A stretch of DNA of 64,000 nt from the NCBI GenBank assembly GCA_044892525.1, contig CM097885.1, positions 264,120,001 to 264,184,000 on the forward strand. Reading direction: 5' to 3'. Positions within the stretch are counted from its first letter, which is position 1; each line of letters begins with the position of its first letter. The notes below the pieces were generated by a model. The model was not told the origin of the DNA, did not search any database, and saw nothing but the letters and a program-made list of their open reading frames with translations. A program made the position numbers and the translations under genes. This document shows, one piece after another, positions 51,908 to 64,000 of this stretch. The DNA comes from Schmidtea polychroa. Lineage: Eukaryota.

Positions 51908-52279
51908 ATTTAAAAAATTAAATGAAGGATATATTAAATTTACAATACATAATATTATATAAAATTATACTATATTTATTAATAAATTTAGAATACATAA
52001 AATTATAATATTATAATATTTTATAAAGTTATACTATATAATAATGTTTAAATATGCTTAAATAACTAAAGTGTTTAAATATGTTTAAATACTAAATTTA
52101 AATTATTTAAATTTAGATTATTTAAATATAATTTTGATATAACTTTATTTCTTTCGTTTTAGTATCCATAAAGTAAGTAAATAAAGAATTTACTACAATA
52201 TTTTAATTATTTTACTTAGTAATGAAGAAAATGAATTATATGATTATGAAGAAAATGAACCAGACAAAATGGTGAAACA

Positions 52280-52345
52280 CTAAAGGAGTTATAGTTCCGG
52301 ATTTTTTAAATGAATTAGATGATTGTGGGTGTCCTTCAACATGAA
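52280..52345 (+). pseudogene. Tiny Helitron/PIF1 helicase-like fragment in the asymmetric part of the right arm
   Basis: VIVPDFLNELDDCGCP.HEL resembles the Helitron helicase EFLN.L...G.P.H.L motif. Confidence 0.45.
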
Positions 52346-53311
52346 TTATTAGACTTAAATTATGTAAACTTTCTTTCCGCGAATGTCAAGAAAAATGGGA
52401 AAAACCGATGTTTTATCAATTAAGTAAAGTACTCGTCATACCTGAAGAATATTATTATTAATGTAAGATATGAATTAATTCTTTAAAATATATATATTAT
52501 ATTTAGGTATCTGTGTTTTATGGTGGGAAATGACATTGAAAAAGTATACCACAAATAACAGTTGCCTAATTTATCAAGCTTGTGATGATAAAATGTTAGA
52601 TAATGTAAGTTAATTGCTTTTAAATCAATATAAATTTTAGCAATGATAGTTGACACCACATCAGAAACTAAGAAATATGTCCAATTCGCAAGATGTATTC
52701 CATGAAATCACTATCAAATGGCCTGATGGAGAGATTAATTTTGAGATAGATTAAGTTTTATTTAATAACCTTAATAAACCATAATATGCTTTAAAATCGA
52801 AAACCTTTACCATTACGACCAATACCCATAGGGGGACAGAATATTTTGTCGGATAAACTAGGAGTATATACACCCATGTTAAACAAGGTATGTGTATATA
52901 GAATATGTGTGTAAAATTATCGCTCCTTATTGACAACTTCCTGTAAAGGCAAACACAGAATACTGCAAACATAATAATACTCTACCCCATAACATAGTGT
53001 GTAAAAATTATTTAAGGTTTTTTCACTAATAATAATAATAATTATAATAATAATAATAATAATAAAGTTTAATGGGTTGTATATGTGTGTGTGTGGAAAA
53101 AATATATTTTAGGTTTTCACTAATATTTATAATAATAATGGTTAATGAGTGTTTTTATGTTTTTGACTAATATTTGCAATAATAATAATGGTTAATGGGT
53201 TGTGTGTGTGTGTGTAATAAATATTTTAGGTTTTCACTAATATTGATAATAATAATTGTTAATGGGTTGTGTGTGTGTAAATAATATTTTAGGTTTTTGA
53301 CTAATATTTGC

Positions 53312-53380
<69 letters not shown>

Positions 53381-53491
53381 GTTTAATGGGTTGTATATGT
53401 GTGTAGAAGATATTTTAGGTTTTCACTAATATTGATACAAATAATTGTTAATGGGTCGTGTGTGTGTGTAAACCATATTTTAGATTTTTTG

Positions 53492-53533
<42 letters not shown>

Positions 53534-54180
53534 TTTTTAAAAAATAATATGACCTTGGGAATGACCTTGACAATATAAATGACCTTGATGAGTCATCACG
53601 ATGAGTCATATGACCTTGAAAATAATAAATGACCTTGAAAATAATATTTTGAAAAATAAATGGCCTTGAAAAATGGTCTCGGGAAAACTTTAATAACTTT
53701 GCCGATGTTAATGATGATGATACCTTCTAAAGCTCATTCGAAAGGTCTGGCACTAAGCTTTAAAATAAGCTATCAATTAATAAATTCGGATAATTGGAAC
53801 GATAACGTTTGGGCAAACGAAAACCAGGAGCTCCCCCGGCCACATATAATATTTTGAATAATAATATATTTTAACTATGAAAATAAGGTGGTCATCATTT
53901 ATTAATACCTTTGTCAATATTACTGATGATGATAATCTTTATACATCCGTAGATAGATCTTGCACTGGGCTTTAAAATGAGCTATCGTCCAATAAAATCT
54001 GTTGGCGGGAACATTAATTTTTGGGATGAAAAAAAGTAGGAGCCCGCTGGACCAATTTAAAAAAAAATGACTTTGACCTTGACCTTTTATTTTTTTAAAA
54101 AAAATTTCCCGGGGGGGGGGGGGTGGGGGGTATATGTGGCCGGGGGAGCTCCTGGCCGGGGGAGCTCCAATCCTACTACT

Positions 54181-54672
54181 ATGGAGATGTTTGAAAGAAA
54201 GTATATGTATTCAATGAAATGTAATGTTATTCCTAAATTCGAAAATACCAGATGGACTTGATACAAGAACGGTCAATTAATTAATAATGATAAAAGCATT
54301 ATTTTTGATGAATTGAGTTGACAGGATTTGGTTTCATACAAAAGTACTGTTAAAGGAACTACTGAAAATGGAATTGGAATCCTTAACATTTCAACAAGCA
54401 TAAGAAAGTCGATACCGAAAATGAGAATAGAAAAACGAGAATCAATCGATTACAATAGAAAATCATTAGAATACTCTGTAAATATCATATCTTCTTTGGA
54501 ACAATATGTTATTGGTCAAAGATTCTCAATGAAATGTATTGTGAAGAAAAATCTTCAAAACACCAAATACACATTGTACAAAGATATGGAATTCGATCTT
54601 CCAATAGAAATGGAAACTTTGGAGCTGCTAAAGCCTAGTCAATCTATATATGAAGAAATTGATAAAACTTAA
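54181..54672 (+). pseudogene. Ig-domain gene relic interrupted by the Polinton-type insertion (exon start at ~43095 on the other side)
   Basis: SFEDME|MFERKYMYSMKCNV...RWT*YKNGQLI...ELS*QDLVSYKSTV (decayed C..WYKNG..DxGxYxC), then a second FSMKCIV...YTLYKD repeat. Confidence 0.7.
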
Positions 54673-55479
54673 AACGATCAATATATTTTACCAATTATTC
54701 TTATGTTCCTACATGTAGAACGAAGTTTTTGATGCTTTATTGGTCAAGATATTGTTTGTGTAAATCAATCCTCTTGCTTTTATATTGTTAATAATAAAAA
54801 TTATGAATTTTGTAAAGTGTTTTAAATTAATGGACATGTTGGGTTTTGACTCCACCTGTTCATTTAATTAAAAATAACGAAAAAACAAACTACCAAACGT
54901 ATATTGAATCACAAAATATTTCTCAATCAATGGCCAAAGTTGTATGAGTTTGACTGATCCCCCGCTCGGTGTTGATGCTTTGTCAAAATCGTTATTAATA
55001 TTCACCTCATTATTATCCTTGATCCTTCCAATGAGTTCCCTTTTGCCTATTCTCAAATTTCTTCTTAAAATCCTTATCTGGATCTAATGCCGGTTTGTTC
55101 ATTCCTTTTTTATTCTTCCAAATCTGGATGACAAATGGTTGCCGAGCCAATCTCTCCCCTGAAATTCAGCTCCACATCTCCGCCTCGGCTGTCACCCGAA
55201 TTTTTTTTGTTCTTAGTCTTCTCATTAGAATTGTACAAAAATCTTTAACAGATCCTGAAAATTCTCTTTCAAAAGTTTCATTACTATATGGCGGCATGTT
55301 CGCATCTGGAATTTATGATTATGGACAGGATGAAAATCATCTCAACTGAGAAATTACGACCATCATCATCCACAGTACCAGGCAATGTTAAGTTGATTAA
55401 GCAAACGTTTGTTCTATATAGGAATACATGAAAACGTACAGAAAATTTGCAGAAACTATACGAATCCTTATTATCTTTC

Positions 55480-55600
55480 AAGTTAGATTCAACTAATGTT
55501 GAGAGAGATTTTAGTGTATCAAGCGGCTTTTGTAGAATAGTTCGGTCAAGACTGTCATATACATTTCTAAATGTTTTCGTTATTCAGAAAAAGGTATAAA
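55480..55600 (+). pseudogene. hAT dimerisation-domain fragment
   Basis: STNVERDFSVSSGFCRIVRSRL. Confidence 0.6.
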
Positions 55601-56091
55601 AAAACTTTAATAAAAATGTTTTTATGCAATCCCGGATTTTTAGAAGAAAACACCGAAAACGCAATTTTCGAACTGACGTAATAAGGGTATTATTTATACA
55701 TTTTATAGCATATATCTCGGATCAGATCACTAGCTAAGAGTCGCCTGAAAATAAACTGAAAAAGTGTCTTATAATGACTTGAAAAATAATAATAATATAT
55801 AAAAATATTTCACACATACAAGATTTTTTATTCTACATTTTATCAACTCAGTGAAGCCTACGAGGGTTTGGAGGCATTTTTCTCAAGTTTTAATTATTAT
55901 AAAAAATATCGATCTTTAAAATGTTAAGAGAACCCATCATAAAGTTGGTTTAATTTTTAAATAGAAACACAATTGTTTATTACTGACAAAGATCCGTGTG
56001 CGACAATCAGTAGTATATAAATATGAAATTTGATTTAATATAGAATATAATCATATCTTATATTGTAAAATGAATTCATTGTGATATTCTT

Positions 56092-58523
56092 ATGCGGTTT
56101 TCACTTATTTGTTTTGTTGTTTTAATGTGGTCCATCAGTGCTGATGTCCCTGATTTCATTGATATGTCCGCATTCTCCCATAGCATGACCGCTGTTATGG
56201 ATGATAAATTTATACAATTCAGGATTAATTCACCCGACATCACAATGAAAGTAATTTCAATGCATTTATGAAATGTTCCCATTTATCATTCAGATTGAAT
56301 GTGCCAAATGCGATTACAAAAGAAAGGATCAGAGAATAACTTGCCTAGGAAATGAATTAGTAGAAATATCTGTAGAACTAAAGAAAGGCAGTAAGTCCAT
56401 AAAAACACCTCTCAATGTCAGCTGTAATGAGAAGGCCATTAATGAACACGGTGTGCGAGCAATCCATGAGACAATAGGCCCCCACAGGATCATCATTTCA
56501 TGGGATACCCCTTCTCATGATATAATTTATTATTTATTACATCTCAGCAACACGTGAGCATATTTATTTGACCTTCACCTGATCCGTCAGCATATTAGAA
56601 ATGGCACTTATAGTCACAGAATCATCAATAACGCAAGGCCATACGCACCATTCACGGATCTGAATGAGAAATCCTGGTATCAGATTTGTATGGCATCAAT
56701 TGATATGAAATGGATCACCAGCATATTCATATGCAAACAGATATTAACGGATTTCTCCATCACAGGTCCAGTGACAAATGTCAATGCCAGTGCAGATTCT
56801 CATGCAATATATTTGTCATGGGACAAACCGGAATACCAATACGATATTCCGCAGGGTTATATTGTTCATGTCAAGGGCAATCATGCGCAATGGTGCCGCA
56901 CAATAATAATAAGCATGGTTATCATTGATATGTTTTGAGAATGGATTAATGTGGTTCATCTAGACTGATAATGTGCCGATCACAAACCCGGATCAAACAT
57001 GCCAACGGCAGGATCACCAATCATGGACACGACTGCAGCAACTAGAAATAAAGGATTTGCACGCATATTCCAGTTTCACAATAAATATTATCCCATACAA
57101 CAAGAATAAACCGCAGGCCCCCCAGTCAATATCAATAGTTACAAAACAAGGAGGCAAAATATTGAATTTTCATATATTTGTGGTGATGATTTGATCTGAT
57201 TCAGAAAGCGGACCAGTGAAAAAATTGGAAATCAAAAACCATAAAGAGAATTTCATGCTGATTGGATTCAAGGAGCCGCCAATGCCGAATGGAATCATTG
57301 AGAAATATCGAATCAGAATCATCCAGCACAAAATCAATATGTGCAATCAAGTAATTGTGATAATTAATTCAATTAGAAATCAATAAATTGAATATAGACC
57401 AATCAAATCGTTCACAAATCGCATTTCATGGGCAAGACAGAAGGTTGGGTGGGTTTGGGGAGTGCTAATCTATGTGGATTATATTTGTTGGAGGTGGCAC
57501 CGATAAATGGGTGGCACATCAATGATGGAGTGGGCAAATTATCCGCAATATCATTCCGTCTCCCATCCGGTAAATCTATTTACTTTTATTTCTTTGTTTA
57601 TATAGTTGATATAAATATTAATTATCTAATTTCATATATTTACCTTATCAGTTGAGGCCTCCCCAATATCAGTAAATGTGCAATTCCAATCCCAGAATTC
57701 AATCATATTACATGTGAATGAGCTGCACCGGAATGCGCAATGTCAGCCAATGGGATTCGCTGTAGCAATAACCAATACAAATAATCAAATTGATTGTGCA
57801 ATCAATATATTCACAAATATTAAGTGCAAAAATTTAGAAACTGTAAGATTAATTTCATTTTATTGAATGAGATCTTATTATTATTATTAAAATATCTCAT
57901 TTTTGATAAGAGAAATAAAACTAATAAAAAATAAAGTGATACACGGAATATCACAACCATTTGGGATCGATTGGTATCTCAAATTTCTGTAGCAGGAATT
58001 TTATTTAAACGAATGAGATTTGAAGTTGGAAACATGAGATTGTACGATAGGCATTTGAATTAGTAACTGCATGTGATATATGTTCAACAGCGATTTATAT
58101 CATTGATAACCAATGTAATTTTAACTAATTTCAATTTGGTTAAAATACATTTCAGATTCCAAATAACCTATAAAATATGGTATTTCTCCGCCATTCTGAC
58201 TATTACTATAAAAATATATAATATCAGGGCTAGGCATATAATCTTTGAAAATCTAACGTTAAATATGATTTCGAATTTTGGGGAAATGAGATTAAACTTC
58301 CTGAATCATGTCAAATATTCATTTCAATTTGTTTATATATGATGTTGAAACCGGTAAATACATTGGATTGTCAACTATCATTTGTGTTACGTCACCTTGT
58401 TCATATTTTTCAATCCATAATGAACTCAAAATTGGAATTCGAGTATCACCAATATTCGATAATATTGGTATATATCAGTGCTACACAAAATATTTTCAAC
58501 AAGTGCCAAAAACATTTTCTTAA
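56092..58523 (+). CDS. Signal-peptide, multi-fibronectin-type-III cell-surface/secreted protein (RPTP-ectodomain-like); 3' part damaged or unresolved
   Basis: Exons 56092-56250 (MRFSLICFVVLMWSISA), 56294-56553, 56599-56917, 56964-57153, 57205-57350, 57398-57569 and 57652-57842 join in phase via short introns (six of 43-82 nt). FN3 motifs IIISWDTP, GPVTNVNA..IYLSWDKP..GYIV and GPVKKL..EPPMPNGIIEKYRI. An in-frame TAA near 57931 follows, then Ig-like DNIGIYQCY. Confidence 0.75.
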
Positions 58524-58671
58524 ATAAATAGTGCCAATTTAAAAAATTCAAATTTTTTATTAAAATCATTCATTAATATTATTGGCTAATTTTTCAAAAT
58601 CGATAAGATCATCATTCATCGCTATTTTAAGTTGAATATTTAAATTTGAATTTAGTAATCGATTCATGTGT

Positions 58672-60870
58672 TTATTTTAAATTATTTTCAAAGCTGTAAA
58701 TAATTGTTCGCAATATAATAAAACAAAACATTATTGAAACAGGAATGGCTTCAACATCAATAGTAAATAAATATATTCCTTGGATTTTCATTCTTTCCAC
58801 TTTCGCGTCTTTGTGTGCCAATAAACATTGTGTGCATGTTCCACATGTACTCCTTGGCAACATATCTGCATTTGCATGATCCGTACCTTTCCTCTGCTCT
58901 ATTTTAATAACCAGACTACTGAGGTAATTAATCCATGTCTGAAATTGCGTTGTTATTGGTTTCTTTGTGGATAACATAAACGTGATAGCTTTATGGTCCG
59001 TTCTCAAAATGAACCGTTTTTCATATAAATAATGATTTAAGTGTTGACAAAATTGATTGCCAGCAACTCTTTCCTTGTTATGCAATATCTTTTTTCATGA
59101 TTGCTCATTGCATGAGAACCGTATGCTATAACCTTTTCGCACCTGTTCTCATTTTTCTGTGATAATACTGTTCCAATCGTGTCAAAACTCGCATCAGTAT
59201 CCAGAATGAATTCTCTTTCAAAATCTGGAAACTCTAGGAAAGGTAAGGAAATTAAAGCATTTTTCATATTTTCGAATGCGATGTTGTATCCGTCAGTCCA
59301 AATTAATTTTTTCTGTTTAACCCGCATAGGTCTTTTAAAACTCTTGGCTTTTTTGCGTATTCTTTTATAAATCTTCTGTAGTAATTGCATATTCCTAGAA
59401 AGCTTCTCAGATTCTTAACACATTCTGGCTTTTCAAATGATTTAATTGCGTCTAGTTTTGACGGGTCTGTCTGTATTCCATCTTTGTTGATTATGTGACC
59501 TAAATATTTGACTTCCTCTTTAAGGATATGGCACTTTTTAGGGTTTATTCTAAGACCCGCCTTTCCAATTTTATCCAGCACTTTATTTAAAACTTCGTAG
59601 TGATGATTGATTGTTTCTGTAAATATCAAAATATCGTCTAGGTATACTGCTGCATATCTCGTACCCATTAATACTTTTCCCATCAGTTCCTGAAACGTTT
59701 ACAATGTTTAGTAGTATCGGGTTATTTAACTCTCTTGCGTCGTTTTCTCGACCTCTTCTACTGCCCACTTTAGCTGTATACTAAATTGTTTTTGCAACTC
59801 TATACCACCAATTACCTCTGGAGTCATATATCTTACTATCGTAAACTATTCTCTTCTTTCCTGCCATTTATTCCTATATCTAATATTGCTTTACCCTTCT
59901 TTTCTAAAACACTATTATTTGCACATCTCCATGTATCAGTCGTTGTGGTTAGTTCTAAATCTTTAAGTTTCTCAAATTTGCTCCAACTCATGACATTTAC
60001 TGTAGCTCCTGTATCTAGTAAGCATTCCATATTCTGGTCTTGTATTATAATAGTTACACTTGGTCGGCCTTGCATTTTATCATAACTAATAATATCATTT
60101 TTCCATTCATCTAATGTGAGTATTTGTATTTTGTCTCTTTCTATTTCTGAAAATCCATTAATCCATTAGTCAGCATCGTCGTAATTGTCTTCTTTGTTAT
60201 GCAATCTCTACTCAAATATCCGACCTTGTGACATCTCCAACATTCGTTCTTAGTTCTATTCGGTCTTTCTTCTAGATATTCTCTCGGCTTGCTAGTATAT
60301 CTTGCTGATACCGCTTCTCTGTAACCTCTTGTTATATTCTGTTCTGGCCTTCTTTCTCTCACTGCATAGATCTTTTCTGCAACTATACGAGATTCATGTA
60401 ACTTCTTGATTTTTTTTTCACTTCTGTTGTTCCTTTGGTGTCACTTAGACACAATTCTCATTTCAAAATCTTCTCGGTTGCACAGTGTACCAGCAGATAT
60501 TCTGTTTAACTTATGCCCAAATAATTTATCGATTAACTCGTCTATGATAATAAAATATTTATCCTCTGTAAAACTCGTTTTCTTGACGAATGCCTTCCGC
60601 AATCTTTCCTTATAACATTTGATATTTTGGTCAACTCCAGTATATATCTCTGATCTGTTTATCGATCAGTAATTCGATCATCACTTCTTGTCTTGAAGTA
60701 GGCATTTGTACCACTTTAAAATATTTATCGCATTCTTTTATCTCCTCTATGATAATCGTTTGGAAATAGCTTCTTTATGAAGAATTCCATAGACGTGGTC
60801 GACATATTAGAAGCTGCTAAAACATCTTCTAAATTATTTTTTTAATCCGGTTCAGAAGTTAACGTCATAA
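58672..60870 (-). mobile_element. Decayed Ty3/Gypsy internal region: gag knuckle, protease, partial RT, RNase H
   Basis: CWRCHKVGYLSRDC; LLDTGATVNVM; YAAVYLDDILIF; FILDTDASFDTIGTVLSQ; FILRTDHKAI. Frameshifts, and the RT N-terminal half is deleted near 59700. Confidence 0.92.
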
Positions 60871-61349
60871 TTCCAAATATTTACTTAATGAAATATTTAA
60901 TAATTTTCAAACAAATTTTCAGCGTTGAATAAAATATTTTAAAAAACCATTTATTAAAATTTCGATATTTAAAATATATTTATTTAAAAATGATTTACTA
61001 ATAAAAAGCTTGTTTAATTTGAAAATTATTTTCAAAGTTATTTTAAATAGTCAATTATTTATCATTTAAAAATTATCTTAATAAATTATTGAAATATTTA
61101 ATTCTCAGCTGAAAACACCTTACATATATTATATAACATTTTAGTATTAAAGATAAAAATTCCATACTGATTTTTTTACACTTATTTAATCTTTTTTGTT
61201 TTTTAATCTCGATTGTAGATTAATAATAAACAATAATTATTGCTTTCAAGGTTAGGGTAATTGTTACGAAAAACTTTAACAAATATGGAAGTTTAAAGAG
61301 TGGCAATAAAAAGGCTAACGCGTGCCAAATTTGGGGACCACTGGTATAA

Positions 61350-62050
61350 ATGAACATTTGTTGATGAATTTTTTCATCATTGGTTTTTTTACACCTTCAA
61401 TAGAATTTCTTTCCGAATAAATATTTTTTATAGTCCGAGTGATTTTACTAATCCATTATCAAATATACCTTTACTAATATCATCGTTGATACTAAATTTG
61501 AATATTTTATTTTCTTCGAGTTCATCAATTTTAAAGACATTTGAGCAATTACCAGTCAAGTATTTATGTAATTCATCTATTGTCTTTATGAATAAATATT
61601 TTTTGAAATAATGTTTTTCTTCATTTGGAATTGTTAATATTATTTTTATTTTTTCTTCTTTTTTGAAAATAAAGTAAGCTTTACTATATATTATTTTGTT
61701 TAACAGTTTGTTTTTACGAATTCAAATCGCATTTTTTCGCTTGTTTAACTGTATCAAATTCAATGCTAAATGGATAGAAATCACTTATACTCTTTAGATC
61801 CTTTTCGACTATTCTAAAAAAACTATCTTCTTTCTCAAACTTATGTCTATCAATTTTGTTTTGAAATATAAAAGTATTGTAAATTTGTTGTTATTACATG
61901 ATATTTAATCTTTGAACTACTATAAAATGGAAATGGATTATACACAAGTGTGAAATCGAGCATTGCAACTTCCCAATGACCATAAAATAGAATTCTTGAA
62001 ATCAATAAAAAAATTGATTGCTTGATTATTAGGAAGGATTTGTGGAACAC
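61350..62050 (-). pseudogene. Polinton minor capsid (penton)-like relic
   Basis: YGHWEVAMLDFTLVY motif immediately downstream of a Polinton integrase; cut at 61343 by a hAT end (CAGTGGTCCCCAAA on minus). Confidence 0.5.
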
Positions 62051-62079
62051 TATTACTCGATAAAATTATATAAAAGTTT

Positions 62080-63125
62080 GATTTTTTAGACTGATCTTTT
62101 GATGATCTCCATGTAGGGTTTTGATATTCATTCCACTTGACAAAGTATTGTTTATCCTTTTTTCAATTGTGGAATAACTTGAAATTCCTGCCCATTTAGT
62201 TTACCAACTATTTCATTATTACCAATATCTTTAATAACATACATGACAGGGTTTTGTTTAATATTAATTTTTGAAATTCGGAATATTTCATCACTCCAAT
62301 TACTATCAAATTTTTTAATAAATGGTGATGCACTAATTTTGATTATTTTAATATGATTACCAACTTCATATTTTGGTTTCTTAATTTTTCGATTTTTTTC
62401 GCGATAGCCATAATTTGAATTGATTTTTCAGATGAAATGTCTATTGGTCTCAAACTATTTAAACCTTTGTGTGGTGAATGATTATAACTATGTTAGATTT
62501 TTGGCAATCCACGTTTTTTACATTGATAAACAAAATAAATTTTTAAACGTTCTCTCAATATTCTATTAAAAGTTCGACGTGTACAGCTATATATTGGTAA
62601 TATAATGTGTAGTTATTAGCATCTTTTATAGATTGGTTCTCTTTACTGTTGTAAAATTTCTTTCCTAAATTAAAATCAAGAAAATATTGATGTTATACCC
62701 AAATCAGTTTGTAAATTATCAGGTGACCACCTTCAAATGTAGTATTTATAGCTTTAACCATATCATCCACAGGTTTTGATTTTACTTTAATTTCACGAGC
62801 AAAACGACTGAAAACATCAATACATGTCAAAATATATTTATATCCATAATTGATTTTTGAATATATGAGATCATTTCCATCAAATTCATTTGCCATAAAT
62901 CATTAATACCAAATGTTTTATATATTCTTGTTGGAAATCTTTCTACATTGGTTTGTTTAGGTTGTATACAAGCTGATTTGATAATCAGCGCTTTGTTTCT
63001 TTTTTTGAATTCATGGTTTCACTGAAACCTGATGAATATTTTGGGTTTGTCCATATATTCTTCATTGCGACAAGAAGATTTAAATATTATTTTAACATTA
63101 GGTAATGAAGAATTTGCACCCATTG
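62080..63125 (-). pseudogene. Polinton/Maverick rve integrase relic with C-terminal chromodomain-like tail
   Basis: YSKINYGYKYILTCIDVFSRFA; KYEVGNHIKI...NWSDEIFRI...YVIKD..NNEIVGK; YFVKWNEYQNPTW. Frameshifts. Confidence 0.88.
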
Positions 63126-63157
63126 TTTATGATTGTTTTTCTAATAAACCTAATAAT

Positions 63158-64000
63158 TAGTGTTTCCAAACGAATAATCGAGTAACCGAGTACTCGTCTA
63201 TTTTCAGATATTTTCCATTATACGGTTAACCGGGTAATTTCGTCGAGTAACCGAGTAGTTACTTTAGATATAATTTTTTTTTCAAGCAAAAAATATCAGA
63301 AATTATGATATTGGTTGCTATAGTAACATTCAATATTTTCTATTTTTCTTAACTAAGCAAGCAAAATTATAAAATTCTTTAGAAAATCATCTTTAAGAAG
63401 CGAAATTTTAAAAAAATATACTAGCCAAAATGAGGGAAATTGTTTACGTTTGCTCTTAGATATAAAGACTAGATGGAGTTGTTTAGTATTGGCAACTGAG
63501 CAATTTTTAAAATTAATAAACTCAGTTAATCGTGCTTTGGTCGAGCTAGGGGTAGCGCCTTATAAAAATGATAATATTGAATTGTTAAAAGAAATTGTTT
63601 CAATTTTAGAACCGGCAAAAATAGCTGTTTTGGAATTGAGTAAACAAAATTCTAATTTATTGACTGGAGACGCAACATTACTATATGTGTTTCAAGAATT
63701 AGAATTGATTAAAACTCCGCTCGCGACAGAATTCTTGTTTAATTTGAAATCTCGAATTGAAAAACGTCGAAATAAAGAATTGGTTACTCTATTATCATTT
63801 CTACACCACGGCGTGTATCCTGAAAATAACAAATTTTTTGAATATTCAACTAAACATAAAGTTAAAGGATTTGCAACAAAAATAATGAACCGTTTATTTC
63901 CCAACGATTCTGAAAGTTCAAGCACTAATGAAGATGAGGAGCCTGAGTTGCTAAACCCATACAAGAAATTACAAAAGTGTATTTCTTCTACCTAAACACT
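63158..64000 (+). mobile_element. hAT (Ac/ZBED-like) element 5' end with internally deleted transposase, runs off window
   Basis: TAGTG start with CGAGTAACCGAGTA subterminal repeats; ORF 63450..63995 LLDIKTRWSCL...ILEPAKIAVLELSK. Confidence 0.85.

Larger units (their letters stand above)
46241..52275. repeat. ~2.75-kb inverted duplication (46241-48993 vs 49546-52275) with 552-bp spacer
   Basis: Arms are near-identical; a handful of substitutions (e.g. ggcaagaccaag vs gacaaaaccaag) and one 23-bp repeat-unit indel. Confidence 0.97.
43112..54180. mobile_element. Non-autonomous Polinton/Maverick-type element, almost fully palindromic
   Basis: Termini AGTAGTAGGATTGGAGCTCCCCCGGCC...GGGGGAGCTCCAATCCTACTACT; perfect 6-bp TSD ATGGAG (43106-43111 and 54181-54186); long repeat-rich TIRs; no polB, integrase, ATPase or capsid recognised inside. 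Confidence 0.88.

Noticed and set aside
9830-54320. TGA at apparent Trp positions (FFH*AM, EQL*LLW, RWT*YKNG, ELS*QD) suggesting UGA=Trp recoding
   Set aside because: All occur in otherwise decayed sequences with frameshifts. Intact exons use TGG for Trp, and TGG>TGA is a common transition.

Overview
AT-rich eukaryotic nuclear DNA with ~45-nt spliceosomal introns, (AAT)n tracts and three N gaps. A triclad flatworm-like host is my inference, not proven. There is no prokaryotic operon, rRNA, tRNA or CRISPR. 1-21.5 kb holds nested remains of a giant Gypsy-like LTR retrotransposon family. Element 1 (minus strand) has a ~4.2-kb LTR carrying spliced coding cargo, a tRNA-Pro-like PBS, an IAP-type RING ORF, a hairpin-repeat leader with an intron, and a long Gag polyprotein with zinc knuckles, two ubiquitin-like domains and recurring IN(M/V)M motifs. 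A decayed sister element and a short related LTR follow on the plus strand. 25.4-39.1 kb is an apparently intact 9-exon jhy homologue (775 codons) whose introns are filled with MITEs and TE relics. 43.1-54.2 kb is an 11,069-bp element with Polinton/Maverick termini (AGTAGT...ACTACT) and a perfect 6-bp TSD. It has no recognisable Polinton genes and is almost entirely a palindrome; it interrupts an Ig-domain exon. 56-64 kb contains a signal-peptide FN3-repeat gene, a decayed Gypsy, decayed Polinton integrase/penton genes and a hAT fragment. All alignments and translations were done by eye; no database searches were run.
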